Origin: a virus
Taxonomy: Duplodnaviria; Caudoviricetes
Strand: one strand, 5' to 3'
Virus record (IMG/VR): IMGVR_UViG_3300030430_000907
Coordinates: 1-58,357 of that record
DNA length: 58,357 bases
Below are positions 9,247-22,900 of this stretch, piece after piece. The notes under the pieces are model-generated. The model was not told where the DNA came from. It saw nothing but the letters and a program-made list of their open reading frames with translations, and ran no database searches. Position 1 is the first letter of the stretch, and each line of letters opens with the position of its first letter. Made by a program: the position numbers and the translations under genes.

Positions 9247-11118
9247 ATGGCATTAAGTAAATTCATATTTCAACCAGGCATAAATAAAGAAGGTACAAAT
9301 TATTCTAATGAAGGTGGTTGGTTTGATGCAGACAAAGTTAGATTTAGAAAAGGTAGACCTGAAAGAATAGGTGGTTGGGCAAAGCAAACTGATAATTCAT
9401 ATAGAGGCACTGCTAGAAAAATTCATGTCTATAACACAATAGAACAAGATTACTATAATGTTGTAGGTACACATAAAAAACTTTATGTACAGCAAGGAGT
9501 TACCTTTCACGATGTTACACCTATAAGATTGACTACATCTGCAGGAGATGCAACTTTTGCTAAAGTAGCTGATGATTCTAGTTTAATTACAGTAACTGAA
9601 AATGGTCATGGAGCTACAGCAGGAGATAGTGTAACTTTTAGTGATGCTGTAAGTTTAGGTGGCAATATAGTTGCTGCTGTTCTAAATCAAGAATATGAAA
9701 TAACAAGAGTATTGACAGATAATACTTATCAAATAAATGCTAAAGATACTAATGGTACTGAAGTTCTAGCCAACTCATCTGATAGTGGTAATGGTGGTTC
9801 TAGCACAGTTGCTGTTTATCAAATTAATAGTGGTTTAGATGATTATGTAAAATCTACAGGTTGGGGTGCTTCTACATGGGGTGGTCCTGCTTGGGGTTCA
9901 GCTACATCATTAAGTTATACAAATCAACTAAGGTTGTGGAGTATAGATAATTTTGGTAATGATACTATAGCTTGTCCTAGAGGTGGACCATTATATTACT
10001 GGGATGAATCTTCAGGTTTAAGCACAAGAGCAGTTGCAGCTAGTAGCAGAGCAGGAGCAAGTAATACGCCAACAGCAGTATTACAAATAATGATGTCAGA
10101 TATAGATAGGCACGTCATAGCATTTGGTTGCAATCCTATAGGGTCATCTACTATAGACCCACTATTAGTAAGATTTTCTGATAGAGAAAATGCTGTAGAC
10201 TGGACACCTACAGCAACAAACTCAGCAGGTGGTGTTCAGCTATCTTCAGGTAGTTATATAGTTGGTGCTATAAAAACTAGACAAGAAATATTAATTTGGA
10301 CAGATGTAGGCATAACTTCCATGAGATTTGTTGGAGCACCTTTTGTATTTACTTTTAATGAAGTAGCTAGCGGTATGTCTTTAATATCACCTAATGCTGC
10401 AGTAACTATAGGAAACGTAGTTTACTTTATGGACAAAGGAGCTTTCTATGCATACGCAGGTGCTGCACAACGTATACCTTGTACAGTATTAGACCATGTG
10501 TTTAGTGACTTTAATGACTCTCAAGCATTTAAAGTTTTTGGAGCACCCATACCAGAACATAATGAAATCATATGGTTTTATCCAAGTGCTAATTCTTCTG
10601 AGCTTGATAGATATGTTATTTATAACTATTTAGAGAAGTCATGGAGCATAGGCACTACAAGCGATGGCTTTACAAGAACTGCTTGGAATCCTGCATACTC
10701 AGAAGATTTTCCATTAGCTGCAGGCAAACTAGATGAAACAGATAATAACTATTTGTACTACCATGAGTTTGGGCATAGTGCTGATGGTTCTAACTTTACT
10801 GCTTTTATAGAATCTGCAGATTTTGATTTAGACCCTGATGGAGAAAACTATATGTTTATTTCTAAGATAATACCTGACGTAGAATATAGAGGGTCTTCAG
10901 ATACAGGCAATACAGTAAGCATTACTTTAAAAGGTAGAAACTATCCTCTAGAAAGTTTAACGAGCTTAGACACGATATCTGTAACTCCTAACACTACTTT
11001 TGTTAATACTAGAGCAAGAAGTAGGCAAACTGCTATCAGAGTAGAAAACAATGCAGATAATTTTGGTTGGCGATTAGGTGACTTAAGATTAGATTTAAAA
11101 CAGGATGGTAAAAGATAA
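9247..11118 (+). CDS. Virion tail/head-completion protein (P22 gp10-like DNA stabilisation or nozzle)
   Basis: PGINKEGT...W.DADKVRFR start, beta-rich body, WRLGDLRLDLKQDGKR end; precedes the ejection genes. Confidence 0.7.
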   Translation: MALSKFIFQPGINKEGTNYSNEGGWFDADKVRFRKGRPERIGGWAKQTDNSYRGTARKIHVYNTIEQDYYNVVGTHKKLYVQQGVTFHDVTPIRLTTSAGDATFAKVADDSSLITVTENGHGATAGDSVTFSDAVSLGGNIVAAVLNQEYEITRVLTDNTYQINAKDTNGTEVLANSSDSGNGGSSTVAVYQINSGLDDYVKSTGWGASTWGGPAWGSATSLSYTNQLRLWSIDNFGNDTIACPRGGPLYYWDESSGLSTRAVAASSRAGASNTPTAVLQIMMSDIDRHVIAFGCNPIGSSTIDPLLVRFSDRENAVDWTPTATNSAGGVQLSSGSYIVGAIKTRQEILIWTDVGITSMRFVGAPFVFTFNEVASGMSLISPNAAVTIGNVVYFMDKGAFYAYAGAAQRIPCTVLDHVFSDFNDSQAFKVFGAPIPEHNEIIWFYPSANSSELDRYVIYNYLEKSWSIGTTSDGFTRTAWNPAYSEDFPLAAGKLDETDNNYLYYHEFGHSADGSNFTAFIESADFDLDPDGENYMFISKIIPDVEYRGSSDTGNTVSITLKGRNYPLESLTSLDTISVTPNTTFVNTRARSRQTAIRVENNADNFGWRLGDLRLDLKQDGKR

Positions 11119-11321
11119 TGGCAGAAAAAACTAATATCCCTCTACCATTAGCCTCTAGCGAATACGATGAAATGAATGAGGCTATAACTAGAAGAAATAT
11201 AGAACAAGGCTTTCAAGATATAAATAGTGAAGTAGGTGCTACTAAAAGAATACAAGACCCTGTAACTTCTAAGGCTATACGTAGACATCAATTTTTATTA
11301 ATGGGAGCAAAGCATGGCTGA
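11118..11321 (+). CDS. Hypothetical virion protein
   Basis: Coupled ORF in the structural operon. Confidence 0.6.
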   Translation: MAEKTNIPLPLASSEYDEMNEAITRRNIEQGFQDINSEVGATKRIQDPVTSKAIRRHQFLLMGAKHG

Positions 11322-11652
11322 TAGTTTAAAAGTTTTAGCACAGCTTGACCCTGCTGCTACAACTACTACAACTCTCTATACAGTGCCTGATAAAACACAG
11401 ACAACAATAAGTTCTATTGTTGCTGCAAATAGAACTGGCTCTGCTATAACATTTAGATTAAGTGTTCATGTAGCAGGAGCTGGAGCTGATGATAAACAAT
11501 TTGTTTTTTATGATAAATCAGTAGCAGCAAATGATTCATTCGCTATAGTAATAGGCATGACACTAAATCAAGCAGATGTTTTGAAAGTGCATACTAGTGC
11601 TGTTGATATGAGTTTTAATGTATTTGGTTGTGAAACAACTGAGGAAAGATAA
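11314..11652 (+). CDS. Small beta-rich virion protein
   Basis: TTLYTVP...FNVFG jelly-roll-like pattern; GGAG SD. Confidence 0.65.
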   Translation: MADSLKVLAQLDPAATTTTTLYTVPDKTQTTISSIVAANRTGSAITFRLSVHVAGAGADDKQFVFYDKSVAANDSFAIVIGMTLNQADVLKVHTSAVDMSFNVFGCETTEER

Positions 11653-14153
11653 TGAAAGATAAAAATATAGAACAGCTTTTTAATTTAGCAGGATATAACA
11701 AAAAAACAGACGATATAGATAGTGTTATATCAGACTTAGAAGAACGTATAGATTATGTCTTTGCCAAAGAAAAAGAGGCAAGAGAAGCTAGAAGTGCTTT
11801 GTTTGGACCAAGACCTAAACGTTTTATAGTTTCAGATGAAGAATTTTTAGAAAGATATCCTGTACGAGAAAAAGACTTATCTGTTGTACCACCAATAGCT
11901 GCAGCAGGAGCTAGGATGGCTATGTCTAATGAAGATAGAATAAGAAATTTTTATTTTGATGATGATAATAAACCTATAAAAAGTGCTCTAGCTGGACCAT
12001 TTAAAAGAGCCCTAGGTGAAGGAGCACCAAATATTATAAATAAGTCTAGAGTAGACGCTATGCAAGAATTATTAAAAGTATTAAGAAAACAAAAAAATAT
12101 AGAAAAAGAAAGTTTTCAAATGGGTGGTTTAACTGGTATGCAAGAACAAGTACAAGATGTAGCACAACAAGGTAGATTTGGTGACTCAACACTAATGCAT
12201 ATGTCTCCATTAGAAGTTGAGGCACTTAGAAGAACAGGTATGCTAACAGTTAATCCTATTACAGGATTACCAGAGGCATTTAAATTAAAAGACTATTTAC
12301 CCTTTATAGCTTCAGCAATAGCTACAGCAGCAGGAGCTACTCCTTTAGTAGCTGCTGGTGTTACAGGTGCAACCACTGCAGCGACCACAGGTAATATACA
12401 AAAAGGTTTAACGGCTGCTCTTATGAGTTATGGCATAGGTAGAGCTACTAAAGGCTTAGGTGGAGAACAAATAGCAGATACTGCAACAGATGTAGCAGTA
12501 GAAGGAACTGATGTAGTTACTACAGCCACAATGCCACAACCTGTTCCAACAGTTACTGTTCCTTCATCTGATGTAGTTACTACAGCAGCAAGACCAGGTG
12601 CTAATATAAATTTTGGTCAACAAGCAGATGCTTTTGCTAATCTTCCAAACGAAGTAGTTACTGTAGGCACACCTCCTCCGCCTCCTCCAACTTTTGATGA
12701 TAAGTTTGACCAATTTTTATCACAAGCTGCACAACCATCTTCCTTTGTACCTTTTGGTGTCGGAGCAGGTGGATATGGTGCTATACAATCTCAAGAGGCT
12801 TTTGAAAGATTTATGGCTAATCAAGAAACAGATGAAGAAAGAAGAAAAAGATTAGCAGCTATGTATCCTGAAAATGTTCCAATAGCATATGCAGATGAAG
12901 GTGGAGTAGTTAGATATTCAGATGGAACTAATTTAAATGGAAGTGGAACAGGTGGGAATCAAAATACAGCAGGAGCTAATTTGCTTCCAGTTTTTGAAAG
13001 AACAGCTAATCCAATAGCACCAGGATTTATGCCTGGATTTATGGGTGAGTATGATTACTTTACAGGAGGCAATCCTACAGCTACAGAATTACAACTAGGT
13101 ATATTAAATAGTGATGCAGTAGGTGGTCCAGATGCATTTGTTATGCCTGACATACCTGTATTTGACCCTACACAAATGGCAAGCTATCAACAATTTTATG
13201 GAGCACCAATAGAGGCAGGTGTACCTATAGCTTTTAATCCTAGAGGACCTATTAATCCTTTAGACGTTCCTATATTTGGTCCTTTTATACCTGAACAATC
13301 ATATGTACCACAACCAACACCAGCACCTACTCCAGCTCCAACACCTGCACCAACACCAGCTCCAACACCAGCACCAACCCCTGCTCCGACACCAGCTCCG
13401 ACACCAGCTCCTACTCCTGCACCTACACCTGCACCGACCCCTGCACCGACTCCTGCTCCAACTCCAGCACCTACACCTGCACCTACTCCAGCACCTACGC
13501 CTGCTCCGACACCAGCTCCTACTCCACCTCCAATAATAGGAGGAGGAGGTGATAATTTACTAACAGATAACTTATTAGAAAGAGTAATTAAAAATATACC
13601 AGGACCTTTTATACCTGATATTGTAACTAAGAGTGAAGGTAAAGAATTAAAACCTATACCAGAAGATAATGAGGGTTTACCTAAATTACCTGAAGATGTG
13701 AGAAATAAAATGGGTTATATGCAAAGTGGTCGACAAGTAGAGTCAGATTTAGTAAATAAAGTTATAGCTATTATCTTAGGACAAGCTAGAGATAATGGTG
13801 AAATAGATATGTTTGTTGAAAAGTATGGTAGTGAAATGTTTCAAATGTTAAGACAAAGACTTTTACAAAGCGTTGATGTAAACCCACAAACACAAGGACT
13901 TATACAGGGTCAACCTAATGGTGGGATGAGTGATGAGATATTTGGCACTATAGCACCTAATCAACCAGTTGCTGTATCACCAGGAGAATATATTATACCT
14001 GCTGATGTAGTCTCTGATTTAGGCGATGGTGATACAAACTCAGGAGCTAGAAAGTTAGATAACTTTTTGAACAATGTTAGAGAAGAAAAAACAGGAAGTT
14101 TAAAACAAGCAGAACCTATAAAGCTTGATGATGTTATGAAAGGAGTAATGTGA
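11652..14153 (+). CDS. Internal virion/ejection protein with (PTPA)n linker
   Basis: QGRFGD..LMHM...TVNP.TGLPEAF, Ala/Gly helices, C-terminal [17 protein letters not shown]. Confidence 0.65.
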   Translation: MKDKNIEQLFNLAGYNKKTDDIDSVISDLEERIDYVFAKEKEAREARSALFGPRPKRFIVSDEEFLERYPVREKDLSVVPPIAAAGARMAMSNEDRIRNFYFDDDNKPIKSALAGPFKRALGEGAPNIINKSRVDAMQELLKVLRKQKNIEKESFQMGGLTGMQEQVQDVAQQGRFGDSTLMHMSPLEVEALRRTGMLTVNPITGLPEAFKLKDYLPFIASAIATAAGATPLVAAGVTGATTAATTGNIQKGLTAALMSYGIGRATKGLGGEQIADTATDVAVEGTDVVTTATMPQPVPTVTVPSSDVVTTAARPGANINFGQQADAFANLPNEVVTVGTPPPPPPTFDDKFDQFLSQAAQPSSFVPFGVGAGGYGAIQSQEAFERFMANQETDEERRKRLAAMYPENVPIAYADEGGVVRYSDGTNLNGSGTGGNQNTAGANLLPVFERTANPIAPGFMPGFMGEYDYFTGGNPTATELQLGILNSDAVGGPDAFVMPDIPVFDPTQMASYQQFYGAPIEAGVPIAFNPRGPINPLDVPIFGPFIPEQSYVPQPTPAPTPAPTPAPTPAPTPAPTPAPTPAPTPAPTPAPTPAPTPAPTPAPTPAPTPAPTPAPTPAPTPAPTPPPIIGGGGDNLLTDNLLERVIKNIPGPFIPDIVTKSEGKELKPIPEDNEGLPKLPEDVRNKMGYMQSGRQVESDLVNKVIAIILGQARDNGEIDMFVEKYGSEMFQMLRQRLLQSVDVNPQTQGLIQGQPNGGMSDEIFGTIAPNQPVAVSPGEYIIPADVVSDLGDGDTNSGARKLDNFLNNVREEKTGSLKQAEPIKLDDVMKGVM
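13314..13517 (+). repeat. 17 tandem 12-nt units encoding PTPA
   Basis: CCN-ACN-CCN-GCN repeated with varied third positions. Confidence 0.95.
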
Positions 14154-14154
14154 T

Positions 14155-14637
14155 ATGCAACAAAAAGCAGTAAAAGAACATTCACCAGTGAATATTAAAG
14201 CACACATATCTGCTGTGCTACCAGAACATCTTCCTGTTGTATGGGATGATATAAAGTTTTTAATACATAGAGCTTGTAAAAGGTCTAATGGTAGACACAC
14301 TATGGAAACTGTTTATGAGCAGATTGTTAAACAACAACAGCAGCTATGGATAATTATTAGCGAAGATACAGAAAAGATTATAGCTTGTGCTACAACACAG
14401 ATTATGTCATATCCTACTGGATTAAATATGCTAGAAGTAGTTTTATTGGGTGGTAGTCAAAAAGAAGATTGGTTAATAGAAGGATGGGATATTTTAGAAA
14501 AGTTTGCTAGGGCAAATAATTGTTCTGGATTACAAGCTATAGGTAGAAAAGGTTTAAGATATTTAACAGTTAAAATAGATAAAGACTGGGAAGAAAAGGC
14601 TTATCTATTTGAGAAAAAATTTAAGGAGTATAAGTAA
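14155..14637 (+). CDS. Hypothetical protein (possible GNAT-like fold)
   Basis: Between ejection genes; QLWII...IACATT...LLGG...IGRKG pattern. Confidence 0.55.
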   Translation: MQQKAVKEHSPVNIKAHISAVLPEHLPVVWDDIKFLIHRACKRSNGRHTMETVYEQIVKQQQQLWIIISEDTEKIIACATTQIMSYPTGLNMLEVVLLGGSQKEDWLIEGWDILEKFARANNCSGLQAIGRKGLRYLTVKIDKDWEEKAYLFEKKFKEYK

Positions 14638-15674
14638 TGTCATTCGGAGGCGGTGGTTCACAGCAACCAACAGATACAACAGTAACACAAACTAATTTGC
14701 CAGAATACGTTCAGCCGTATTTTGAAAGATTATTGCAAAGAAGTGAGGCTGAATCATTACAGCCTTATACACCTTTTGCAGGTCAAAGACTAGCGTACTT
14801 TGGACCTGATGAATTAGTAGCACAAGGTTTAACTAGAGGTTTTGGTTATAGCGGTACTAATCCAGAACTATTACAAGCTAGTGCTAACTTACAAGGCATG
14901 GATTTTAATAGACCATCAACTTATACTGCTGCATCGAATGTGGAAGGCTTTGCAGCACCTGAATTTGTTAAAGAAGATTTTGCTACTGGAGTTTCAAGAT
15001 TTATGTCTCCTTATCAGCAAGCAGTAACAGACATCGCTAAGAATGAGGCAGTGCGAGCATCACAGATGGCAGAACGAGATATAGCTAATAGAGCTGCTCA
15101 AGCAGGTGGACTAGGTGGTTATAGAGAGGCTATTTTACAAGGAGAAAGACTAAGAGGTTTAGGACAACAACTTACTGATATTCAAACTAGAGGCAGTCAA
15201 TCTGCTTTTGATAGAGCTGTTGCTCAACTGGGTAGAGAACGAGCCATTGATTTACAAGGAGCTAAATTTGATTTAGGCACATTAGCACAATTAGAAAAAG
15301 ATAGACAAATGCAAGAGAGGTTAGGTCAAACTGCTTTTGATTTATCTAGTAAGTTTGGTATTGCTGGAGCAGGTGCTTTAGGAGATATTGGCAAAAGTAT
15401 AGATGCAAATACTCTAGCAAGAATAGAGGCTTTATCAAAGTCAGGTCAACAGCAAAGAGCTTTACAACAAGCAGGTTTAGATATGGGTTATGAAGATTTC
15501 TTAAGACAACAAAACAGAGCAAGAGACCAGTTAGGTTTCTTTGGCGGTATGCTTAGAGGTGTGCCTGTTCAACCAACTAGAACAGTTAGCACTTATCAAC
15601 AACAGCCTGGATTATTCCAATCGTTAGCTGGTTTAGGATTAGCAGGCTTAGGATTATATAGGGGATTATCGTGA
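14637..15674 (+). CDS. DNA ejection/pilot protein
   Basis: MSFGGGGS start, Q/A/G-rich helices, FMSPYQQAV, hydrophobic Gly-rich C-terminus. Confidence 0.7.
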   Translation: MSFGGGGSQQPTDTTVTQTNLPEYVQPYFERLLQRSEAESLQPYTPFAGQRLAYFGPDELVAQGLTRGFGYSGTNPELLQASANLQGMDFNRPSTYTAASNVEGFAAPEFVKEDFATGVSRFMSPYQQAVTDIAKNEAVRASQMAERDIANRAAQAGGLGGYREAILQGERLRGLGQQLTDIQTRGSQSAFDRAVAQLGRERAIDLQGAKFDLGTLAQLEKDRQMQERLGQTAFDLSSKFGIAGAGALGDIGKSIDANTLARIEALSKSGQQQRALQQAGLDMGYEDFLRQQNRARDQLGFFGGMLRGVPVQPTRTVSTYQQQPGLFQSLAGLGLAGLGLYRGLS

Positions 15675-16969
15675 GTTTAATTGACCAAGCACAAGAATTA
15701 GAAAGCGTAGCAGATGCTGATTTAGTTAGAATGGCAGGTATGCCTGATGGCAGATACCCACCATTTTTAATTATTTCAGAAATGCAAAGACGAAAAAAAA
15801 TTAGAGCTGCTTATCAAGCAGATTTAAGTAAGATGGAAATGCCAACACAAAGTATTGCAGAAAGAGAAATAATGGAGTTTAGTCAAGGTGCTATGCCAAG
15901 TCAGCCTAGGGTCTCCTCATCCTCTAACTCTGGATTAACGAGCATAGCACCGAATCCTATGATGAGAGCAGCAGGCGGTGGTTTAACTCGTATGCAATTT
16001 GGTTCTGTTTTACCTTTTACAGATATGAATACAGAAGAATATTTAAAATATGGTTTTAATCCAACATTTTTTACTAAGGGATTATATAGTTCACAAGACC
16101 CTAACGTTGTTGACAATAGTAAAAATTTATATAACGCTTTTAACAGAATTTTATCAGGTGAATTTGACAGAAATGACTCAATGACACATGGTGGAACTTC
16201 GCTTTTCGGTCTCACAAACGATGTAGATAGAATAGCAGATGTTTTAGGCGTAGACATTGGTGGCTTAAGTAAACAAGAAGCAGGAGAGCTTCTTAGAAAA
16301 ACAATGTTAGAAAATTATCAAGGTAATACTGCTGGTAGTAGTGGTGGTGGTGATATTGATATTGGTGATGATTCACAAGTTGGTGGTCTTCCAGTTTTAA
16401 AAGGAGGATTTAACATAACAGACCCAGATACGTTTGAAGATTCACAAGGTTTAAGTGCTAAAAAATCTGTAGCAGATAGAATTAAAGAATATGAAGAGGC
16501 TATGGATTTTACAAAAGTTTCTCCAGAAGAATTAACTGATGAAGATGTAAGTGAAAGATTACAAACTGAAGGATTGTTGTCGCTTGCTGGAGCTATATCT
16601 ACAGGTAAGAATTTATCAGAGGTAGCTAGTGGCATTGCTGAAGCTGGTAAAGATATATTAGCAGAGAGAGATAGACTAGAAACAAAACAACTAGAAGGAG
16701 CTGCTGCAAGAAGAGCACAAGAACTAGAAGAAAGAGGTCAAGCTATTAAATTAATAGAATTAGATATTGCAGCAGATGCTAGTGATAAAGCATCAGATGC
16801 ACAGTTTTTTGCTCTAGTTAATACTGCTATGAGTGAGATTATGAGTGCACCTCCTTCTGCAAGAAGTTTTGGCATAGGTATATTGGAGCAGGCTTTTAAA
16901 GTAAGAGGTTTTCCTATACCTGGTTTTATTAAAGATTTAGAAGTAGAAGATTTACCAGGTCAAAGATAA
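15671..16969 (+). CDS. Internal virion/ejection protein
   Basis: Helical protein between the pilot protein and the giant protein. Confidence 0.6.
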   Translation: MSLIDQAQELESVADADLVRMAGMPDGRYPPFLIISEMQRRKKIRAAYQADLSKMEMPTQSIAEREIMEFSQGAMPSQPRVSSSSNSGLTSIAPNPMMRAAGGGLTRMQFGSVLPFTDMNTEEYLKYGFNPTFFTKGLYSSQDPNVVDNSKNLYNAFNRILSGEFDRNDSMTHGGTSLFGLTNDVDRIADVLGVDIGGLSKQEAGELLRKTMLENYQGNTAGSSGGGDIDIGDDSQVGGLPVLKGGFNITDPDTFEDSQGLSAKKSVADRIKEYEEAMDFTKVSPEELTDEDVSERLQTEGLLSLAGAISTGKNLSEVASGIAEAGKDILAERDRLETKQLEGAAARRAQELEERGQAIKLIELDIAADASDKASDAQFFALVNTAMSEIMSAPPSARSFGIGILEQAFKVRGFPIPGFIKDLEVEDLPGQR

Positions 16970-16979
16970 TAAAGGATGA

Positions 16980-19900
16980 GTGATGGCTAGATATACATTA
17001 CCTGATGGTAGAGTTTTAGATATAGATTTAGAACAGTTAAGTAGTGAAGATAAAGTTAATTTACAAAATTGGTTAGCAGAAACATATCCAGATAATTTTG
17101 ATAGATATATAGAAAAAGATATACAAGGTTATACTGCAGAATTATTTAAAGGTATTCCAAGAGGTGGCTTACAAACTTTAGCTTCATCTGCAGAGGGTAT
17201 AGTTAATTTATTTGATGCTGGTAATGATAGTGAAATAGGAAATTCTTTAAGAGCCTTTCAACAAAGTTTAAATGAAAATAAATACATAGGTATAGGCGAA
17301 GGGTATGAAGATGCTTTTGCTACTAAACTTGGTGCAGGTCTAGGTTCATTTGCATCATTTTTAATACCTGGTGGTTTAGCTGGTAAGATTGCAGGTCGAG
17401 CTGGTAAAGGTTTAGATATTGCAGCAAGAAAATCATTAGTTCAAAGAGCACAAACAAGAGGTGCAGCAGCAGTGGCTGTGCCTGCAGGTGTAGCAGAACA
17501 AGGCAGAAATATTGAAAGAGCTAGAGAGCTAGGAGAAGAAGTAGGCTATGGACAAGAATTAGTTTCTGAACTACTAGGTGGAGCAATAGGTTATACAGAA
17601 GTATATTCTATAGAAAGACTTTTACGATATTTACCTTCTGGTTATGCTCCAGTAGTAAATAATAGATTAGGCTCTGCTTTTGTATTAGGTGGGATGGAAG
17701 GTCTACAAGAAGCAACAGCAGGTCTATTACAAGATGCAGTAGCTAGAGGAATATATAGTGAAGAGCTGCCTATAGGCGAAAGTGCTCTTGATGATTTTAC
17801 TGTAGGTGGTGCTGTAGGTTTTATTGCTGATTTAGTATTACGTAATCGTATGAGTGGTTTTAATTCTGACTACGTAAGAGAACAAGAACAAGAAGCAAGA
17901 AAGAGGAGAGAAGAACTTAAATTTGAAGCTAAAGAAATGTTTGAGTCAACTCCAGAAAGCCAGACTCCTGATGTAGACCCAAGAATAATTTTACCTGAAT
18001 TAGAATCCAATCTAGATACACTAGATGCTAATAAAGTTTTTAAAGTAAAAAATCAAGCTGCAAAGGTAGTAGGAGATTTAGCAGTTTACAATAATAAAAT
18101 TTCTAATTCAGTTACACCTGTTAAAGATAATTTTGGTATTGATTATGCTGAAATATATTTAAATGAGGTGTTTGAAAAAATTGAAGACAATATTAGAGCA
18201 CGAACTGACTTAACAGAAGAACAAAGAAATAAATTAATACAAGGTGCTATCAGTAGTAAATCAAAAGAGTTAGATGATTTACTTCAAGCAGCACTAGACG
18301 CAGCACCTACAACTGCACCTGATGAGCCTATACAAAGATTAAATGCTTTTAATAAAGAACCTGTTAAAGAAAAACTAGAAATTATAGATAATCCTAATGG
18401 CACATTTTCTGTAGTAGGAGAAGAAAGTGCTAATGATTATGGCAGTGTAACTTATCCTGATTACAATACTGCTGCTATAGAAATGAGGAAAATTGAAAAT
18501 AATATTGATAAAGATTTTAATACTCAAAGAATAAAACAGGCTTTATATTTACAAGGTAACTATGGTAATGGTACAGCAGCAAAAATTGGTAGTCTTGTTT
18601 ATGATAATTTGTTTAATGATATACCAAAAACATTCATAGCAAACTTAGACTCAACTATAAAGCCTGCTAGAAAAACTAAAACAGATGCTGTTAAAGGTGC
18701 TCAACAAAGAATTAATCAAGGAATATTTGATGATATAACAGGTGAGAGACCTATTAGTGAGCAAGATATTGCAGCATTAAATCAGATTATTGAAGAAGGA
18801 GCTCAAGGTAATATACCTATCAAAGCACGTAAGATTCAATCAGATAGTTTAGCAGATAATTTTAATAAAAAAGTTGAAAAGCTTGGTCTACCTATAAAAG
18901 AAAATTATACAGTTGCTGAAGCTAAAAAGATTCTTAACAAAAATGACTTCAACGATTTGATGGCAGAGAGAGCTAGAGTTGTACATAAACTGTCTGTATC
19001 AACAGGAACTATATTTGCCAATCAAAGAAATCAAGACTTTATAGATAGCACTATACCAGGCATACAAGAAATTTTACAAAAGAAAAATATAGAAACACAA
19101 ATTAGTGATGCAGGTTTTGAATATTTTGCTGAACAAGTTACAGGTGAAAAAAAATATTCAAAAATGAATCAGGGTCAAAAAGATTTATTAGCATCTAGAT
19201 TAAAAGAACTACCAAGATTTGATGTTATTACTAAGTTCCCTGATTTTAGACCTAGACCTTATACTGTAAAAGATGTTAATGATTTCTATGTAAACAATAA
19301 AGGTAAAACAATTACTAATGAAATATTAAAAAATAATATTAAAAATAGAAATGGCAAAAACTTATCACAAAATGATATAAAAATATTACGACAAGATTTA
19401 ATAGATAGTGGTCGAGCTGTAGTAGATAAAAACAAATTAAAACTTACATTTGATTTTGAACTGGAACAAGCAAGAAGAGCTAATGGATTAAATGAGTCGC
19501 AACAAGAGTTTAGAGAAAGACTTAGAAATACAACTGCTTTATCTGAAGAAGAAATAGCAAGCAGAGTACAAGCTAATGAAGGAGCAGATGCAGCCACCAT
19601 AGAGGAAGGTGATTTAAAATTATTACCACCACCTGCAACTCTAGAAAAATTTGAAAGATTATTTGAGATAGCTAGAGGTCAACTAAATAAATTAGGTTTA
19701 TCAGATGTAGGTTTAAAATTTAGCGATAGGCTTAGAAGTGCAGGTAATTTACAAGAAGTAAATGGCAAATTAGTATTTACTGGAGCTACAGAAGCAGGAG
19801 CTTATGACCCCAGTCTCAATAAAATATTTCTTTCTTTTAACAGTATAGACCCTAATGGCACACTAACAGAAAAAGAACTTGAAAGTAAAATTGCTGGGAT

Positions 19901-22900
19901 AATGAATCACGAAGTAATTCATGCTTTACGTGAATTAGATTTGTTAACAGAGAGAGAATATAACTTACTAGTAACCTATGCAAAAAATACACTTAAAAGA
20001 ATAAAAGTTTTAAATCCAGAAGGCAAAGAAGTTACACTTGCACAAGATATTACTGCCAAATATACAGGACCAAACACACCAGATTTAGACCCAGTTTCAT
20101 TAGATGAAGAATATGTTGCAGAATTATTTAGAGTTTATGTAGCAAACCCTAATGATGTTAAAGGTAAGTCTAAAGGTATACTGAAAAAGATAGTAGATTT
20201 TTTCAAAAGTATTTTAGATGCTATTACAGGAGCAGGATTTAGAACACCTTTAGGTGTCTTAGAAGATATAAAGACAGGAAAAATAGGTAAAAGAGAAAGA
20301 GGAAAATTTAGGTCTAACAAAGATATTTTAGCAGAGCAGGTAAATCAAAATGTACCTGTTACTGAGTTAAAGTTTAGTATTGATGAAGATAAATTAAGAA
20401 AAGAATTAGATGACGCAGCCTCAGAATTATACACTGCTCAAAGTATATTAAGAGCAGAGGGTAATAGAGTTTCTCGTAGAAACTATGATGCCATGTATAA
20501 AAGATATCAAGATGCTAATAATAAAGTTATCTATCTTGAATCAGAGTTAGCTAAAATTCCTAAACAACTATCTCTTAAATTTGGTAATGTACGTAAAACA
20601 GGATTACCTCCAAAATATTCAATAGATAAAATTACTCCTAGAGACCCAGTTGTTGTAGAAAAAAAATTAACACAAGAAGAAAAAAGAAACATATTAGATG
20701 GTGAATTTGTTTATCATATAACTCCTACAAAAAATGCTAGAAAAATAGCAGAAGAAGGTTTTAATATTTTTGCTGACAGTAATTATGTAAAAGCAGGAGA
20801 TGGCAGTAGATATCAAGACAGTCCTGGTGTTTTTGTTTTTAAAAATCCTTATGATGCTGTGGCTTTTGTAAAAAGAGTTAATTGGAAAGATGAAGATAAT
20901 TTTTCCATGATAAAACTTAGGAAAGGTAATAGAAGATATGAGGCAGATAAAGCTGCTGACTTTCAGTTGTATCCTAATTTTTCTTCTAATACTGCAGAAG
21001 ATTTAGGTGTTGAGTTAAATGAATTTTCTTTAAATCAATTAACAAGAGGTCAGGAAGATAAGTCTGGCAATCTTAGAACTACATATTATGTGCCTTCTTT
21101 ACAAACTCCAGAACCATTTAAACCTGAAGATATAGTTGGTATTGTTACTTTTCCAGATATGGAAAAAGCTTTTAAAGACCCAATCGTAGATTTTCGTCAA
21201 TACAATAATCATTCAGAAGAAAGTTTTAACAGTAATTTAGATAATCCTAGTCCTTTTGGATTTGCTAAAATTATAGATAACTTATTTGAAACAAGAGAAG
21301 CTGTAGAGGGTGCAGTTAAAGAACTAAATAAATTTTCACCTATATCACCAAAGTTTTCTAGAGGCACTATTACTCCAATAGAATTATTTGGTGATGGTAA
21401 ATTAGAACAAAGAATACAAAGAGAATTTTTAGATAATAATAAAGAACTTACAGGTAAACAAATAGAGGATATCTTAAAAGATTTTGCTCTTAAACCTACC
21501 CCTAAAAGAAAATGGATTGGCACAAAAGAATTAGAGCAATCTATGAGAGATGCTTTAGCAAGAGGAGATGACCCATTTTGGTATGAGAGATGGGCAGATA
21601 TAAAAGATGATATAGGTTCAGCTAACATTAATGAGTTTTCTGGAGTATTTGGTGTAACATCAGAACAGGCTCAACCAGAAAAGAATTTAAAAGATACTTT
21701 GCGAACTATGATTATAGCTAGACGAGTTGACCCTGATAAGAATCCTAAAAAATTTATAAACGAATTAAAGAAAGCTAACGTAGGTAATAAAGAACCTAGA
21801 AGATTACAAAGAATATTAGACTTTTATGAATTAGGTATTTTAAAAAGAGAAGAGACTGGTCAAAAAACTGCGACATATGGTTTAGAAATAAATAGAGCTA
21901 TGCGTAATATGTTTACACCATTTAGTGTAATTGATAGACATATGCTAAGAAAGTTTGGTATTGATAGTGAAAAAGCAAATCAAACAGAATATAGAGTGAT
22001 GCAAGCAATAATTGGAAATATTGCTAAATATAAAGGTAATAATTTTACAACCAAAGATGGCACACCTTTAAATTTAAGTTTGCCACGACAAGTGCAAGCT
22101 TTGATTTGGGCAGACCAAAGATATACAGGTCCTACTAGAATATCTAATGAAGGCTCATATGAGGCAGCAAGAAGAGAATCATCTCAAGAATTATCAGAAA
22201 TAAAATTAATGAAACAAGATGGTTCATTTAATAGCAATAGACCTCTAAATGGTAAGTTTATATATGAGCCTGAGTATTCTACTAATATAAAAGATGACCC
22301 TATGAGCACAGAGGTTAGTAAGGATTTATACAATGCAACTATGAATCAGAGTCCTAGCCTAGCAATAGAATTAAAACCAGGAGTTGGTAGAGGATATTTA
22401 CCACCAAATCCTATTGTTAATGGCAACCCTCTATCTTTTTTTGATTATAGAAATTTTCAATTAGATGTTTTAAAAAGTATAACAGATGGTAATCAAATAA
22501 AATTTTTACAAGATTTAGGCATATCTCACAGAGTAACAGAATCTGCAGGTTCATATAAAGATGGCTTTGCAGTGCCTAATTTAGTTATACAGTTTCCAAA
22601 CTCTACAGCTACTGAGATAAAAGATTATGGCAGATTATTAGGAGATGCTTTCTTACAAGATGCTGTAGTTTATTTTAAAGCTTCAACAAGAGGCAGACAG
22701 TCTACTGGTGTTATGTTTGTTAAGCCTGATAACAGTTTACTAACACAAACTGAACTTAATGATTTAGTTCGTGATTTAAAAAACATAGACCGAGATTTTG
22801 ATTTTACTTTACTAGCAGGACACAAAGTAGGACCAATGGTTTTAGACCCTAAATCTTTTCTTGAAGGACAACCATATGATAAAAGACAATACGCAAACTT

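Noticed and set aside
13276-13536. His/Leu/Gln-rich 86-aa ORF
   Set aside because: Alternate-frame shadow of the PTPA repeat
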